DNA of 64,000 nucleotides from Akkermansia muciniphila (GTDB taxonomy: Bacteria; Verrucomicrobiota; Verrucomicrobiia; Limisphaerales; UBA1100): the NCBI GenBank assembly GCA_945903605.1, contig CAMDOH010000004.1, positions 2,593 through 66,592 of the forward strand, written 5' to 3'. Within the stretch, counting starts at the first letter, position 1, and every line of letters begins with the position of its first letter. A program made the position numbers and the translations under genes. The notes beneath the pieces were generated by a model. That model did not search any database. It saw only the letters and a program-made list of their open reading frames with translations, and was not told the origin of the DNA. Below, one piece after another: positions 1 to 8,268 of this stretch.

Positions 1-301
1 ATTGAATGGCGCTCAGATTTGTGCTTTCGGCGGCGACTTTGTCACGGTCGCAAAGTGGCGCGCCAACAATGGCTGCCAGTGGAATGATCGCGTCGGCATT
101 CTTCACGAGCGGTCGCAGAATTTGTTCATCGCGGCAATCGCCACGGACTACTTGAAATGTGGGATACTGACAGCAATCCGTGAGCGTGGCTTGTCGAAAT
201 AGGAAATTGTCCAGCACGGTCACCTCGTGGCCGAGGGAGAGCAGGTGTGGAGCGAGTACTGAGCCGAGATAACCGGCGCCGCCAGTGATGAGTATTTTCA
301 T
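1..301 (-). CDS. NAD-dependent epimerase/dehydratase (extended SDR), N-terminal part; open at the window edge
   Basis: Reverse-strand translation from the ATG at 301 reads [33 protein letters not shown]...[29 protein letters not shown]. There is no stop down to position 1. It has a Rossmann GxxGxxG motif. It is absent from the ORF track because the ORF is open-ended. Confidence 0.8.
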   Translation of the reverse strand, partial: MKILITGGAGYLGSVLAPHLLSLGHEVTVLDNFLFRQATLTDCCQYPTFQVVRGDCRDEQILRPLVKNADAIIPLAAIVGAPLCDRDKVAAESTNLSAIQ

Positions 302-313
302 GGTGTTTGGTGT

Positions 314-1519
314 TTAATGATTCTGGAGTTGTCTGACAATGTCTCCGCCGATGGCCAGCGATGCTGTCGCCGCTGGGCTGGGTGCATTGAGTACGTGCAG
401 GGAATTGGGGCCGCGGACAATGTGAAAGTCTTCCACCAATCGGCCTTCGGGAGTCATCGCTTGCGCGCGAACACCGGCGCCACCGGGTTCGAGATCGTCC
501 GAGCGAATGGCGGGCACGAGGCGTTGTAACGATCGGCAGAAAAGTTTTTTGCTCACCGAACCGAGAGTTTCTTGAAAACACATTCCGGAATGTCGCAGCA
601 GAAACCGCCACAATCCCGGAAAGGTGAGCGCCTCGGCGAGGTCGCGTAGATTCACCGTGGTTTTCTTGTAGCCTTCGCGCGAAAAGGCGAGGACGGCGTT
701 GGGGCCGGCCTCGATTCCACCGCCGATGAGCCGTGTGAAATGGACGCCGAGAAATGGGAATTGGGCATCGGGCACGGGATAAATCAGGTTCCGGACGAGG
801 TGCTGCCGGTCCGCTTTGAGTTTGTAGTATTCGCCACGGAATGGAACGATGCGAGTTTGCCGAGAGTGTCCGGCAGCTTGACTGATGCGGTCGGAATACA
901 GTCCGGCACAATTGATCAGCCAATCGGATTGAAAACTGCCGGCGGTTGTTTCCACTTTCCACGATTCCGAATTTCTGTGGAGTTGAGTGACTTTCGCGCG
1001 GGTCACAATCTGGCCGCCGCGCTGGAGGATTTCGTTTTTGAGCGACTGTGCGACGGCAGGGTAATCGACAATGCCTTCCTCGGGCACATGCAGAGCAGCA
1101 ACTCCGCTGACGTTGGGTTCGATTGTGCGCATCTCGTGCGGTTCAAGCCAACGCAACCCGGTCAGCCCGTTCTGTTGGCCGCGCTCGTGCAGGAATCGGA
1201 GGCGCGGGATTTCTCCGGCGTTGGTTGCGACTACAAGTTTGCCGCAGATTTCGTGAGGCACTTTGTGCGACTGGCAAAACTCGGTCATCTCGCGAATGCC
1301 TTTTACGGCCAACTGCGCTTTTGCGGAGCCGGGTTTGTAATACAGACCACAATGCAAGACGCCGCTGTTGTGGCCGGACTGATGTTGGCCGAGGGCGGAT
1401 TCTTTTTCCAGCAAAGTGACGGCAGAGGAGGGGAATGCCTGAAGATGTTTGTAGGCGGTGGCAAGGCCGACGAGGCCGCCGCCGATGATGATGAGCTTTT
1501 GTGTGTTGAGGTTGGTCAC
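314..1519 (-). CDS. lhgO: L-2-hydroxyglutarate oxidase/dehydrogenase (FAD-dependent)
   Basis: 401-aa ORF. The N-terminal dinucleotide fold is IIIGGGLVGLA. The block LLEKES..GQHQSGHNSGVLHCGLYYKPGSAKAQL closely resembles E. coli LhgO/YgaF. Confidence 0.85.
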   Translation of the reverse strand: MTNLNTQKLIIIGGGLVGLATAYKHLQAFPSSAVTLLEKESALGQHQSGHNSGVLHCGLYYKPGSAKAQLAVKGIREMTEFCQSHKVPHEICGKLVVATNAGEIPRLRFLHERGQQNGLTGLRWLEPHEMRTIEPNVSGVAALHVPEEGIVDYPAVAQSLKNEILQRGGQIVTRAKVTQLHRNSESWKVETTAGSFQSDWLINCAGLYSDRISQAAGHSRQTRIVPFRGEYYKLKADRQHLVRNLIYPVPDAQFPFLGVHFTRLIGGGIEAGPNAVLAFSREGYKKTTVNLRDLAEALTFPGLWRFLLRHSGMCFQETLGSVSKKLFCRSLQRLVPAIRSDDLEPGGAGVRAQAMTPEGRLVEDFHIVRGPNSLHVLNAPSPAATASLAIGGDIVRQLQNH

Positions 1520-1534
1520 AGGGAAAAGCTGTTA

Positions 1535-1575
1535 GTAAAAGGAGAAGCCGGCCAGAGGGATGCTCCGGCCGGCTT
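1535..1575 (-). terminator. Candidate intrinsic terminator downstream of the flagellin gene
   Basis: On the minus strand a 10-bp GC-rich inverted repeat, GAAGCCGGCC(N13)GGCCGGCTTC, spans 1543-1575. It is followed by TCCTTTTAC. It lies between the flagellin stop (1660) and the lhgO start (1519). Confidence 0.5.
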
Positions 1576-1659
1576 CAAATCCAACCCAATCCAAACCCGA
1601 CCCAATGTTGACATACTGGCCATCCATGGCGCTGTCAAAATGAGCGGGTTGCTTCCGTG

Positions 1660-2475
1660 CTATTGACGCAACAGGGTCAGTGCCGATTGCGGCAACTGAT
1701 TGGCCTGCGTGAGCATTTGTGTGCCGGATTGCACGAGGATTTGGTATCGTGCATATTGGGTGGCCTCTTCAGCAACATCGCAATCGGCGATACGGCTGAT
1801 GGCTGAACTGAGGTTCTCACGAGTGACGACAAGCTGCTCACTGGTGAAGTTTAATCGCGCTTGGACGGCGCCGAGCTGGGCGCGATCGATGGCGATTTGT
1901 GAAATAGCTTCTTTTACGCGTGTCAGTGCTTCCGTCGCAAATGACGTGCTTCCCAGTGCGACTGTTGCGGCGTAGGCATTGGCATAACTCGTTGCATCCA
2001 AATCAATGGCTGAAACGGAGAAAGTACTGCCTTCTGCGTCAATCGTGACTGCGAAGTTACTCGTTGAGCCGAACAGCGGCACACCGTTGTATGCCTGGCC
2101 TTTGGTTGCGACGATGTAGGATTTAAGTTCCTGAAATTCCTTGTCATACAATGCGCGGTCCGCTGAAGACTTGGATTGGTCGAGCGCGAGCATGGAAAGC
2201 TCACCCATACGACGCAGGGCTTTATCCACCGTTTTCATAAAGCCGTCCTGAGTCTGAGTGAAGGAGACGGCGTTGATGACGTTACTGAGTGCAGATTCAA
2301 GACGCTTAATCTGCGCCTCCAATCGTGAACTCACGGCCAGTCCGGCAGCATCGTCGGACGGGTTGATGATTCGTGATCCAGAACTCAAGCGAGCCAATGA
2401 CTTGGACAGCTGAGTATGGCTCACATTCAAGTTGCTCGCTGTACGCTGAGCTTCTGTATTTGTGTTAATGACCAT
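1660..2475 (-). CDS. fliC: Flagellin (short form, D0/D1 domains only)
   Basis: 271 aa. The N-terminus is MVINTNTEAQRTASNLNVSHTQLSKSLARLSSGSRIINPSDDAAGLAVSSRL. The C-terminus is ...ILVQSGTQMLTQANQLPQSALTLLRQ. Both match the conserved flagellin N- and C-terminal helices. Confidence 0.95.
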   Translation of the reverse strand: MVINTNTEAQRTASNLNVSHTQLSKSLARLSSGSRIINPSDDAAGLAVSSRLEAQIKRLESALSNVINAVSFTQTQDGFMKTVDKALRRMGELSMLALDQSKSSADRALYDKEFQELKSYIVATKGQAYNGVPLFGSTSNFAVTIDAEGSTFSVSAIDLDATSYANAYAATVALGSTSFATEALTRVKEAISQIAIDRAQLGAVQARLNFTSEQLVVTRENLSSAISRIADCDVAEEATQYARYQILVQSGTQMLTQANQLPQSALTLLRQ

Positions 2476-2505
2476 AGGTCTAGTTAGGTTTGGGGTTTTG
2501 GTTGG

Positions 2506-2760
2506 TTACAGTACTGCAGGCAAAACATTTTTGGTAATCGGAAGGACCTTTGGAAGTGCACCGGGTTTGATAGGAGATGAACCGGCAGCATGTCGGTTAT
2601 TCGCGCGAATTTCGTCATACACTTCCTTGCGGAAAACGGGGATTTCAATCGGAGCATCGATGCCGATGCGCACGGTGTCGTTTTCGACTCGAAGCAGAGT
2701 GACGGTGATCCGGCCGTCAATCACGATGCTTTCGTTGGGTTTTCGGGAAAGTACAAGCAT
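2506..2760 (-). CDS. csrA: Carbon storage regulator / translational repressor CsrA (long C-terminal tail form)
   Basis: 84 aa. The start MLVLSRKPNESIVIDGRITVTLLRVENDTVRIGIDAPIEIPVFRKEVY is the canonical CsrA fold sequence. It sits directly between fliW and the flagellin gene. Confidence 0.95.
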   Translation of the reverse strand: MLVLSRKPNESIVIDGRITVTLLRVENDTVRIGIDAPIEIPVFRKEVYDEIRANNRHAAGSSPIKPGALPKVLPITKNVLPAVL

Positions 2761-2763
2761 GGC

Positions 2764-3198
2764 TCAATTACCCATCGGATGCGCCAGCGAGTGCGTGGCG
2801 GCATTGAGGGGCACCACTTGGCGGGCTACCCGCGTTTCCTTGTGATAAACAATCGGTCCTTTAAGGTTAATGGTCACGGTTTCATCCGGATGATAGGTGG
2901 CAATATTCAATATCACGGCATCATCTGGGTTACTTAGGCCGATACAGGCGACATCCTCATCCGGCAAAACGACAGAATAACTCGCCGTTACGTAGGATGG
3001 TGGGATGACCAGGAACGATTGATCGGCGTCCATGCCTTTGAGCCATTTATATGGAGCGAGTTCAGGGTCGGAGAGCAGTTGGAATTGTTTATTGTCCTCA
3101 AAACCAAGCAGGCCCGATGGGAATGATAGTTCGACAGCATCCATCACCGGGTTGGTTTCCGGCACTTGCGCGACTCTGTTTTGTTCGATAGTCAGCAT
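2764..3198 (-). CDS. fliW: Flagellar assembly factor FliW (CsrA antagonist)
   Basis: The ORF is 2764..3258. I prefer the internal ATG at 3198 (MLTIEQ...). That start places the conserved ELSFPSGLLGFEDNKQFQLL block at the usual distance from the N-terminus. The 3' end lies 3 nt from the csrA start. Confidence 0.85.
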   Translation of the reverse strand: MLTIEQNRVAQVPETNPVMDAVELSFPSGLLGFEDNKQFQLLSDPELAPYKWLKGMDADQSFLVIPPSYVTASYSVVLPDEDVACIGLSNPDDAVILNIATYHPDETVTINLKGPIVYHKETRVARQVVPLNAATHSLAHPMGN

Positions 3199-3223
3199 AT
3201 TGACACTTTCTCTGATAGGACAG

Positions 3224-3240
3224 AGCAGCGGCTGTGCCAA
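3224..3240 (-). promoter_or_regulatory. Candidate sigma-54 (-24/-12) promoter upstream of fliW
   Basis: The minus strand reads TTGGCACAGCCGCTGCT. This is GG-N10-GC with exact spacing (TGGCAC-N5-CTGC versus the consensus TGGCAC-N5-TTGC). The GC element lies 27 nt upstream of the preferred fliW ATG. If fliW actually starts at 3258 the element would be inside coding sequence. Confidence 0.25.
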
Positions 3241-3394
3241 CGGCTTGAAATGAATCAAATCTCACTGATTGAGGATCAAAAGCCTCAATTACTCGTGAAT
3301 TGGACAGAAGTAGGAAGAAAACGCCACTTGGCTACAAAATGGGGGCTGAATCCAATAACAGATTTCCAATTTGTTTATGGACAACTTGTTGAGG

Positions 3395-3703
3395 CTATTT
3401 TTTGTTTGGCTGAAGGTCGATCCGGAGCAAAGTTTCACCGATGGTGATGGTATCGCCGGACTGAATGGAGGTCGGCTGGGTAATTTTGGTCCCATTCAAG
3501 AGGGTGCCATATTTGCTTTTCAAATCCTCAATCCAGATTGCTCCATTAGATTCGTACGCTTTGGCATGAAGCCGGGATACAGTTGTATCGGGGGAGAGGT
3601 CCAAATCGACCGACACTTCTTTATTCGGGCGGCCAATAGTAACGAGAGTCTTTGTGGAGGGCAGTACCCGCCAGCTACCGGCGTAACAAATGCTAATTTG
3701 CAT
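3395..3703 (-). CDS. FHA domain-containing protein (stand-alone)
   Basis: 102 aa. The stretch TIGRPNKEVSVDLDLSPDTTVSRLHAKAYESNGAIWIEDLKSKYGTLLNGTKI carries the FHA signature (G-R ... S-R-x-H ... N-G). Confidence 0.85.
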   Translation of the reverse strand: MQISICYAGSWRVLPSTKTLVTIGRPNKEVSVDLDLSPDTTVSRLHAKAYESNGAIWIEDLKSKYGTLLNGTKITQPTSIQSGDTITIGETLLRIDLQPNKK

Positions 3704-3826
3704 CGTAATTGATTTTAGCAGAACCCGTACATAGGCTGCAGCACAAATAACACGAATAAAACTGGCAAAAAGGCAATCCCGAAATCAATCTCAGCAGACA
3801 ATTTGTTGTAATTCTGCAAGTACCCT

Positions 3827-4855
3827 GTGACGACACCGCACGATGAGCAAGTATTGGTTCCCGGCCAGTTAACGGGTAGTGGCCGCTACAACCTGCTCTG
3901 GATGCTGGGCAAAGGGGGCAGTTGCATGGTTTGGCTCGCTCAAGATGAACGGCTGAACGCTGTCGTCGCTCTCAAATTTCTCCTGCCGGAAACCAGTGCC
4001 GACCCGCAACTACTCAAGGAACTGCGCATTGAAGCCATGCGATCGCGCCCGCTGGCCCATCCCAACATCGTTCAGCTTTATGATTTGTATGAGGCGCCAG
4101 ATGAACGTCCATTCCTCATCATGGAACACGTGGATGGGAGCAGCCTGCACACGTTGCGAATGCAACAGCCCAATCAGATCCTCACTTGGGAATTCCTAAA
4201 GCCAGTCGCACTCCAGATTTGTCAGGCGCTCGACTACGCACATTCCGAGGGACTTGTTCACCGGGATTTGAAACCAGCCAACCTCATGATAGACCGTCGA
4301 GGTCGGCTCAAACTGGCTGACTTCGGCATTTCGTCAGCCATCAACGATGCTCGCGCCCGTTTATTTGATATTCGCGATTTTCGCGGCACAGCCACATTCA
4401 TGAGTCCGCAGCAAATGGACGGCGAGCCGCCGCAAGTCACCGATGACATATATGCTTTCGGTGCCACCCTGTACGAATTGTTAGCCAGCCGGCCGCCCTT
4501 TTTCGCTGGTAATATCGAGGAACAAGTCCGAACCCTTCATCCTCAACCGATTCAGGCTGCACTCCAAGAACTCGGCAAACACAATCACGTTCCGCCATAC
4601 GTCGGATCACTCATCCAAGCGTGTCTTCGCAAAGATCCGAGTGAACGGCCTCAATCCGTTCAAGAACTCATGACCAACATCGGCGGACTGACATCAGTGC
4701 CCGATTCAACCACCAGCGGCACACGCCGCAACGCAACTGGCCGAAACGAAACCGGGAACCGATTCACCCGCGAATTCGTCATCGTGATGGGCTGTTTGTT
4801 AATCCTGCTCCTCCTCGCAGTCATCACATTAATTCAGCTCAATCGTTACAAATAA
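3827..4855 (+). CDS. Ser/Thr protein kinase, C-terminally membrane-anchored
   Basis: 342 aa with a GTG start. It has Hanks-kinase motifs: GKGGSCMVW, VALK, HRDLKPANLM, DFG and SPQQ. A single C-terminal TM helix (FVIVMGCLLILLLLAVITLIQL) is followed by only 4 residues. Confidence 0.9.
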   Translation: MTTPHDEQVLVPGQLTGSGRYNLLWMLGKGGSCMVWLAQDERLNAVVALKFLLPETSADPQLLKELRIEAMRSRPLAHPNIVQLYDLYEAPDERPFLIMEHVDGSSLHTLRMQQPNQILTWEFLKPVALQICQALDYAHSEGLVHRDLKPANLMIDRRGRLKLADFGISSAINDARARLFDIRDFRGTATFMSPQQMDGEPPQVTDDIYAFGATLYELLASRPPFFAGNIEEQVRTLHPQPIQAALQELGKHNHVPPYVGSLIQACLRKDPSERPQSVQELMTNIGGLTSVPDSTTSGTRRNATGRNETGNRFTREFVIVMGCLLILLLLAVITLIQLNRYK

Positions 4856-4968
4856 GAAGAAATCATGGCGGATGATGACATGGGCTTCCCCCGATTGTCA
4901 GTCGCCGCCGCCCAAGCCAGCCTCTGATTCAACGAGAAAGACCTGCTCAAGAGCTTGCAAGGCGGTAA

Positions 4969-5193
4969 ATGAAAAAGCGGAAAAAACAGACTGTGAAAGC
5001 GCAGCGTAAAAAGTCGTCTCAGGCCACGGACTCGACGCAAAAGTCGCTCCAGAATTCGCCCCAAAAGTTTCACATCAACGGGGCGGAAATGACGAAGAAG
5101 CAGTACGACGCGGAGACGAAGCAGGCGTCGCACAATCTAGACCGATTGCTGTCACTGACGCAGGAAGAGGCGGACAGGGAGTTGGAAAGCTAG
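4969..5193 (+). CDS. Hypothetical small K/Q/S-rich protein
   Basis: 74-aa ORF in an otherwise empty 470-bp gap. It has no recognisable motif and a low-complexity basic N-terminus. Confidence 0.3.
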   Translation: MKKRKKQTVKAQRKKSSQATDSTQKSLQNSPQKFHINGAEMTKKQYDAETKQASHNLDRLLSLTQEEADRELES

Positions 5194-5324
5194 GCAACGT
5201 CCGTCACGTTCCGCCGCTCAACCGGACAATCAATGGCCAGTTAGTCCGTAGGTTGTCACTAGGTGTTATTGTCCGAATTCGTCCGGTTGACCTGCAGGGG
5301 CAAGCCAAGTAATTTCACTTTCGA

Positions 5325-6293
5325 ATGAGCCTAGTTGAATCACCCGTGCGCAGTGCTTCCAGTGGAATTGAGCCTTTGCGACAAGAAATCTTTGCCCTCA
5401 AGCGAAAGCTCAATGCGGTCATCTTGGCCCACAATTATCAGGTGGCCGAGATTCAGGATGTTGCTGACTACGTTGGGGATTCCCTCGGGCTTTCTCAACA
5501 CGCGGCGAAGACCTCAGCCGATGTCATCGTGTTTTGCGGTGTTCATTTCATGGCTGAAACGGCCAAAATCCTGAACCCCAGCAAAGTGGTTTTGTTGCCA
5601 GACAAGGATGCGGGTTGTTCGCTGGAAGAAAGTTGTCCAGCCGATAAACTCGCCGAATTTCAAAAAACAAATCCCAATTTCTACACCATTGCCTACATCA
5701 ATTGCAGTGCTGCGGTGAAAGCGCTCAGCGATGCGATTTGCACCAGCGGCAATGCAGTCAAGATTGCTCAAGCAGCTCCCAAAGAAAGAGACCTCTTATT
5801 TGTTCCCGACGAAAATCTCGGTTCTTGGGTGATGGAACAGACGCGCCGACCGATGACTTTGTGGCGTGGGAATTGTTATGTTCACGTCGAGTGGACGGCG
5901 TCGATCATCGACAGAATCCGCCGCGAACATCCTGGCGCTCCGCTCGTCGCGCATCCGGAATGTGTTCGTGCCGTTCGACTCTTGGCTGACGAAGTTTGTT
6001 CCACCGAAAAAATGGTGGATTACTGCAAGCGCACAACCGCGTCTGCAATCATCATCGCCACCGAGGCCGGCATGATTCACCGTCTGCAAAGGGAATGTCC
6101 CGACAAAAAGTTCATTCCTGCTCCGACGGAAAACTGCCGTTGCAACGAGTGCCGGTTCATGAAGCTGAACACGCTCGAAAAACTTCGCGACTGCATGGCA
6201 AACCTCCATCCACGCATCGAACTGGATCAATCGATCATTGAGCGCGCTCGGCTGCCCATCGATCGAATGCTCGAAATCTCCGCGCGCAACTAA
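5325..6293 (+). CDS. nadA: Quinolinate synthase
   Basis: 322 aa. The motifs ILAHNYQ...DVADYVGDSL, VFCGVHFMAET and three conserved Cys regions are typical of NadA. Confidence 0.9.
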   Translation: MSLVESPVRSASSGIEPLRQEIFALKRKLNAVILAHNYQVAEIQDVADYVGDSLGLSQHAAKTSADVIVFCGVHFMAETAKILNPSKVVLLPDKDAGCSLEESCPADKLAEFQKTNPNFYTIAYINCSAAVKALSDAICTSGNAVKIAQAAPKERDLLFVPDENLGSWVMEQTRRPMTLWRGNCYVHVEWTASIIDRIRREHPGAPLVAHPECVRAVRLLADEVCSTEKMVDYCKRTTASAIIIATEAGMIHRLQRECPDKKFIPAPTENCRCNECRFMKLNTLEKLRDCMANLHPRIELDQSIIERARLPIDRMLEISARN

Positions 6294-6299
6294 TCGCCT

Positions 6300-7094
6300 T
6301 CACACCGCGATGGGCGCTTTGATTGCCGGATGCGGGTCGTAACCTTCGAGCGTGAAATCTTCGTACTTGAATTCGTGAATGTCTTTCACAGCGGAGTTGA
6401 GCCGCATCATCGGCAACGGTCGTGGCTCGCGTGAAAGCTGCAGCTTGGCCTGTTCGAGATGGTTGGTGTAAAGATGCAGATCGCCGAATGTGTGGACGAA
6501 ATCGCCCGGCTTCAGTCCCGTCACTTGCGCAACCATCATCGTCAACAAAGCGTAACTGGCGATGTTGAACGGCACGCCGAGAAACAGATCCGCGCTGCGT
6601 TGGTAAAGTTGGCAACTCAACTCGCCGTCTTGCACGTAGAATTGGAAAAGAGCGTGGCAGGGCGACAGCGCCATCTGATCCAATTCGCCCGCGTTCCACG
6701 CGCTGACTATCAACCGGCGCGAATCCGGAGTGCGCTGGATGTCCGCGATGACGCGATCGATTTGGTTGATCGATTTGCCTTCAGGTGTGCGCCAATCGCA
6801 CCATTGCGCGCCGTAAATCCGTCCCAACGATCCATCTTCTTTCGCCCACTCGTTCCAGATTGATACACCTTGGTCCTGCAACCATTTCACATTCGTGTCG
6901 CCTCGAAGGAACCAGAGGAGTTCGTAGACGATACTTTTGAGATGCAGCTTTTTTGTCGTGAGCAGCGGGAATCCCCGGCGTAAATCAAAACGCACCTGCC
7001 CGCCAAAAATCGAGTACGTGCCCGTTCCGGTGCGGTCCTCCTTGTGTCGGCCCTGCTCCAAAACCAATCGCAATAAATCGTGATATTGTTTCAC
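6300..7094 (-). CDS. thyA: Thymidylate synthase (ThyA type)
   Basis: 264 aa with a GTG start. The blocks [30 protein letters not shown] and ...[12 protein letters not shown]... (catalytic Cys) and the C-terminal end AIKAPIAV are characteristic. Confidence 0.95.
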   Translation of the reverse strand: MKQYHDLLRLVLEQGRHKEDRTGTGTYSIFGGQVRFDLRRGFPLLTTKKLHLKSIVYELLWFLRGDTNVKWLQDQGVSIWNEWAKEDGSLGRIYGAQWCDWRTPEGKSINQIDRVIADIQRTPDSRRLIVSAWNAGELDQMALSPCHALFQFYVQDGELSCQLYQRSADLFLGVPFNIASYALLTMMVAQVTGLKPGDFVHTFGDLHLYTNHLEQAKLQLSREPRPLPMMRLNSAVKDIHEFKYEDFTLEGYDPHPAIKAPIAV

Positions 7095-7158
7095 TCAGTC
7101 TTTCCAATCGACTGGACGTATTTGGTCAAGACGCCTGCCCACGTCAAACAAAGGTCAT

Positions 7159-8187
7159 TCACGATTGCGCCCTCTCCAATCGATCAGCGATGGCCACCCA
7201 TTCCGGCCCTTCCGGCAGTGCCTCCACCACGATCAATTCTGCGCCTTCGCTGTCACATCGGTGTAGCTCCGCGTACAATGCCCGGGCATAAGCCTCAGCA
7301 TCGTGTGGTACCACACTCACTCCGCCGAGATTCGTCCCACTCGGAATCTGCGTGTGTGCGATGACAAACGTTCCTGTCGCGTGCGCTCGATATGCAGCAA
7401 TCTGCGCATTCAAATCCTCCTCCTCTTTCCACGAGCAAACAACCAGCCTCGCCGTCGGCGCATAATGTTTTTCCAACAAGCCGGGACTTTTCAGCGCGAC
7501 CGATTCCGACAGAATCGATTCGGTGACGGCGAATGCACCCGTGCCGAGTGCGGCTGCCAATGCTTCGCTGTGAATCATTCCCGGGCGCAACACGCGCGAT
7601 GAACCGCCACTCAGATCCACCACGGTCGACTCGATGCCCACCTGCGATTGGCCCCCATCCACAATCAACGCAATCTGACCGCACAAATGATTCCGAACAT
7701 GATCGGCATTCGTCGGTGAAATCTGATTCGAAAGATTAGCGCTCGGCGCGGCCAGCGGAAATCCGCATTCGGCAATCACCGCTTGCATGAATGGATGACT
7801 TGGCCAACGGACTCCCACCGTGTCGCCGCCTGCGGTAACAATTTCTGGAATCTCCGGCGACCGAGGCAGAACCAAAGTGAGTGGCCCGGGCCAAAATGAT
7901 TTTGCCAATCGTTCCGCAGCAGGACTCCATTCACGGACACAACGCCGAGCCATTTCCAAATCCGAAACATGGACGATGATGGGGTTGTGTTTTGGTCGGC
8001 CTTTGACTTCAAAAATCTTGGCCACCGCGCGAGGGTCAAGCGCATTGGCGGCCAGCCCGTATACGGTTTCAGTCGGCAGCGCGACCAATTCACCCGCGCG
8101 CAACAATTCCGCCGCGCGACACACCGCAGCGGCAAACAGCTCCGCCGTATCTGTCGCGATGATTTTAGTGGTCGTCGAACCAGTCAT
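7159..8187 (-). CDS. tsaC: L-threonylcarbamoyladenylate synthase, long Sua5/YwlC type
   Basis: 342 aa. It has the YrdC-domain motif LPTETVYGLAANALDPRAVAKIFEVKGRPKHNPIIVHV plus a C-terminal Sua5 domain. Confidence 0.9.
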   Translation of the reverse strand: MTGSTTTKIIATDTAELFAAAVCRAAELLRAGELVALPTETVYGLAANALDPRAVAKIFEVKGRPKHNPIIVHVSDLEMARRCVREWSPAAERLAKSFWPGPLTLVLPRSPEIPEIVTAGGDTVGVRWPSHPFMQAVIAECGFPLAAPSANLSNQISPTNADHVRNHLCGQIALIVDGGQSQVGIESTVVDLSGGSSRVLRPGMIHSEALAAALGTGAFAVTESILSESVALKSPGLLEKHYAPTARLVVCSWKEEEDLNAQIAAYRAHATGTFVIAHTQIPSGTNLGGVSVVPHDAEAYARALYAELHRCDSEGAELIVVEALPEGPEWVAIADRLERAQS

Positions 8188-8268
8188 CAGGTGGGGAATT
8201 AACCGTTAAGTTGACTGAGACGCAAAGCCATTGTTGCTGCGTCTGTAAATTCTCTTGGGAGCGTATTT

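Noticed and set aside
126-1666. Long ORFs 126..962(-) and 740..1666(+) overlapping lhgO
   Set aside because: These are alternate-frame or antisense shadows of a well-supported gene. Their translations are Arg/Pro/His-rich low-complexity sequence with no motifs, which is typical of GC-rich genomes.
2476-2580. Sigma-28 promoter (TAAA-N15-GCCGATAA) for flagellin inside the csrA 3' end
   Set aside because: Only a weak CCGATTA -10-like element was found. No properly spaced TAAA -35 element accompanies it, so the call cannot be supported.
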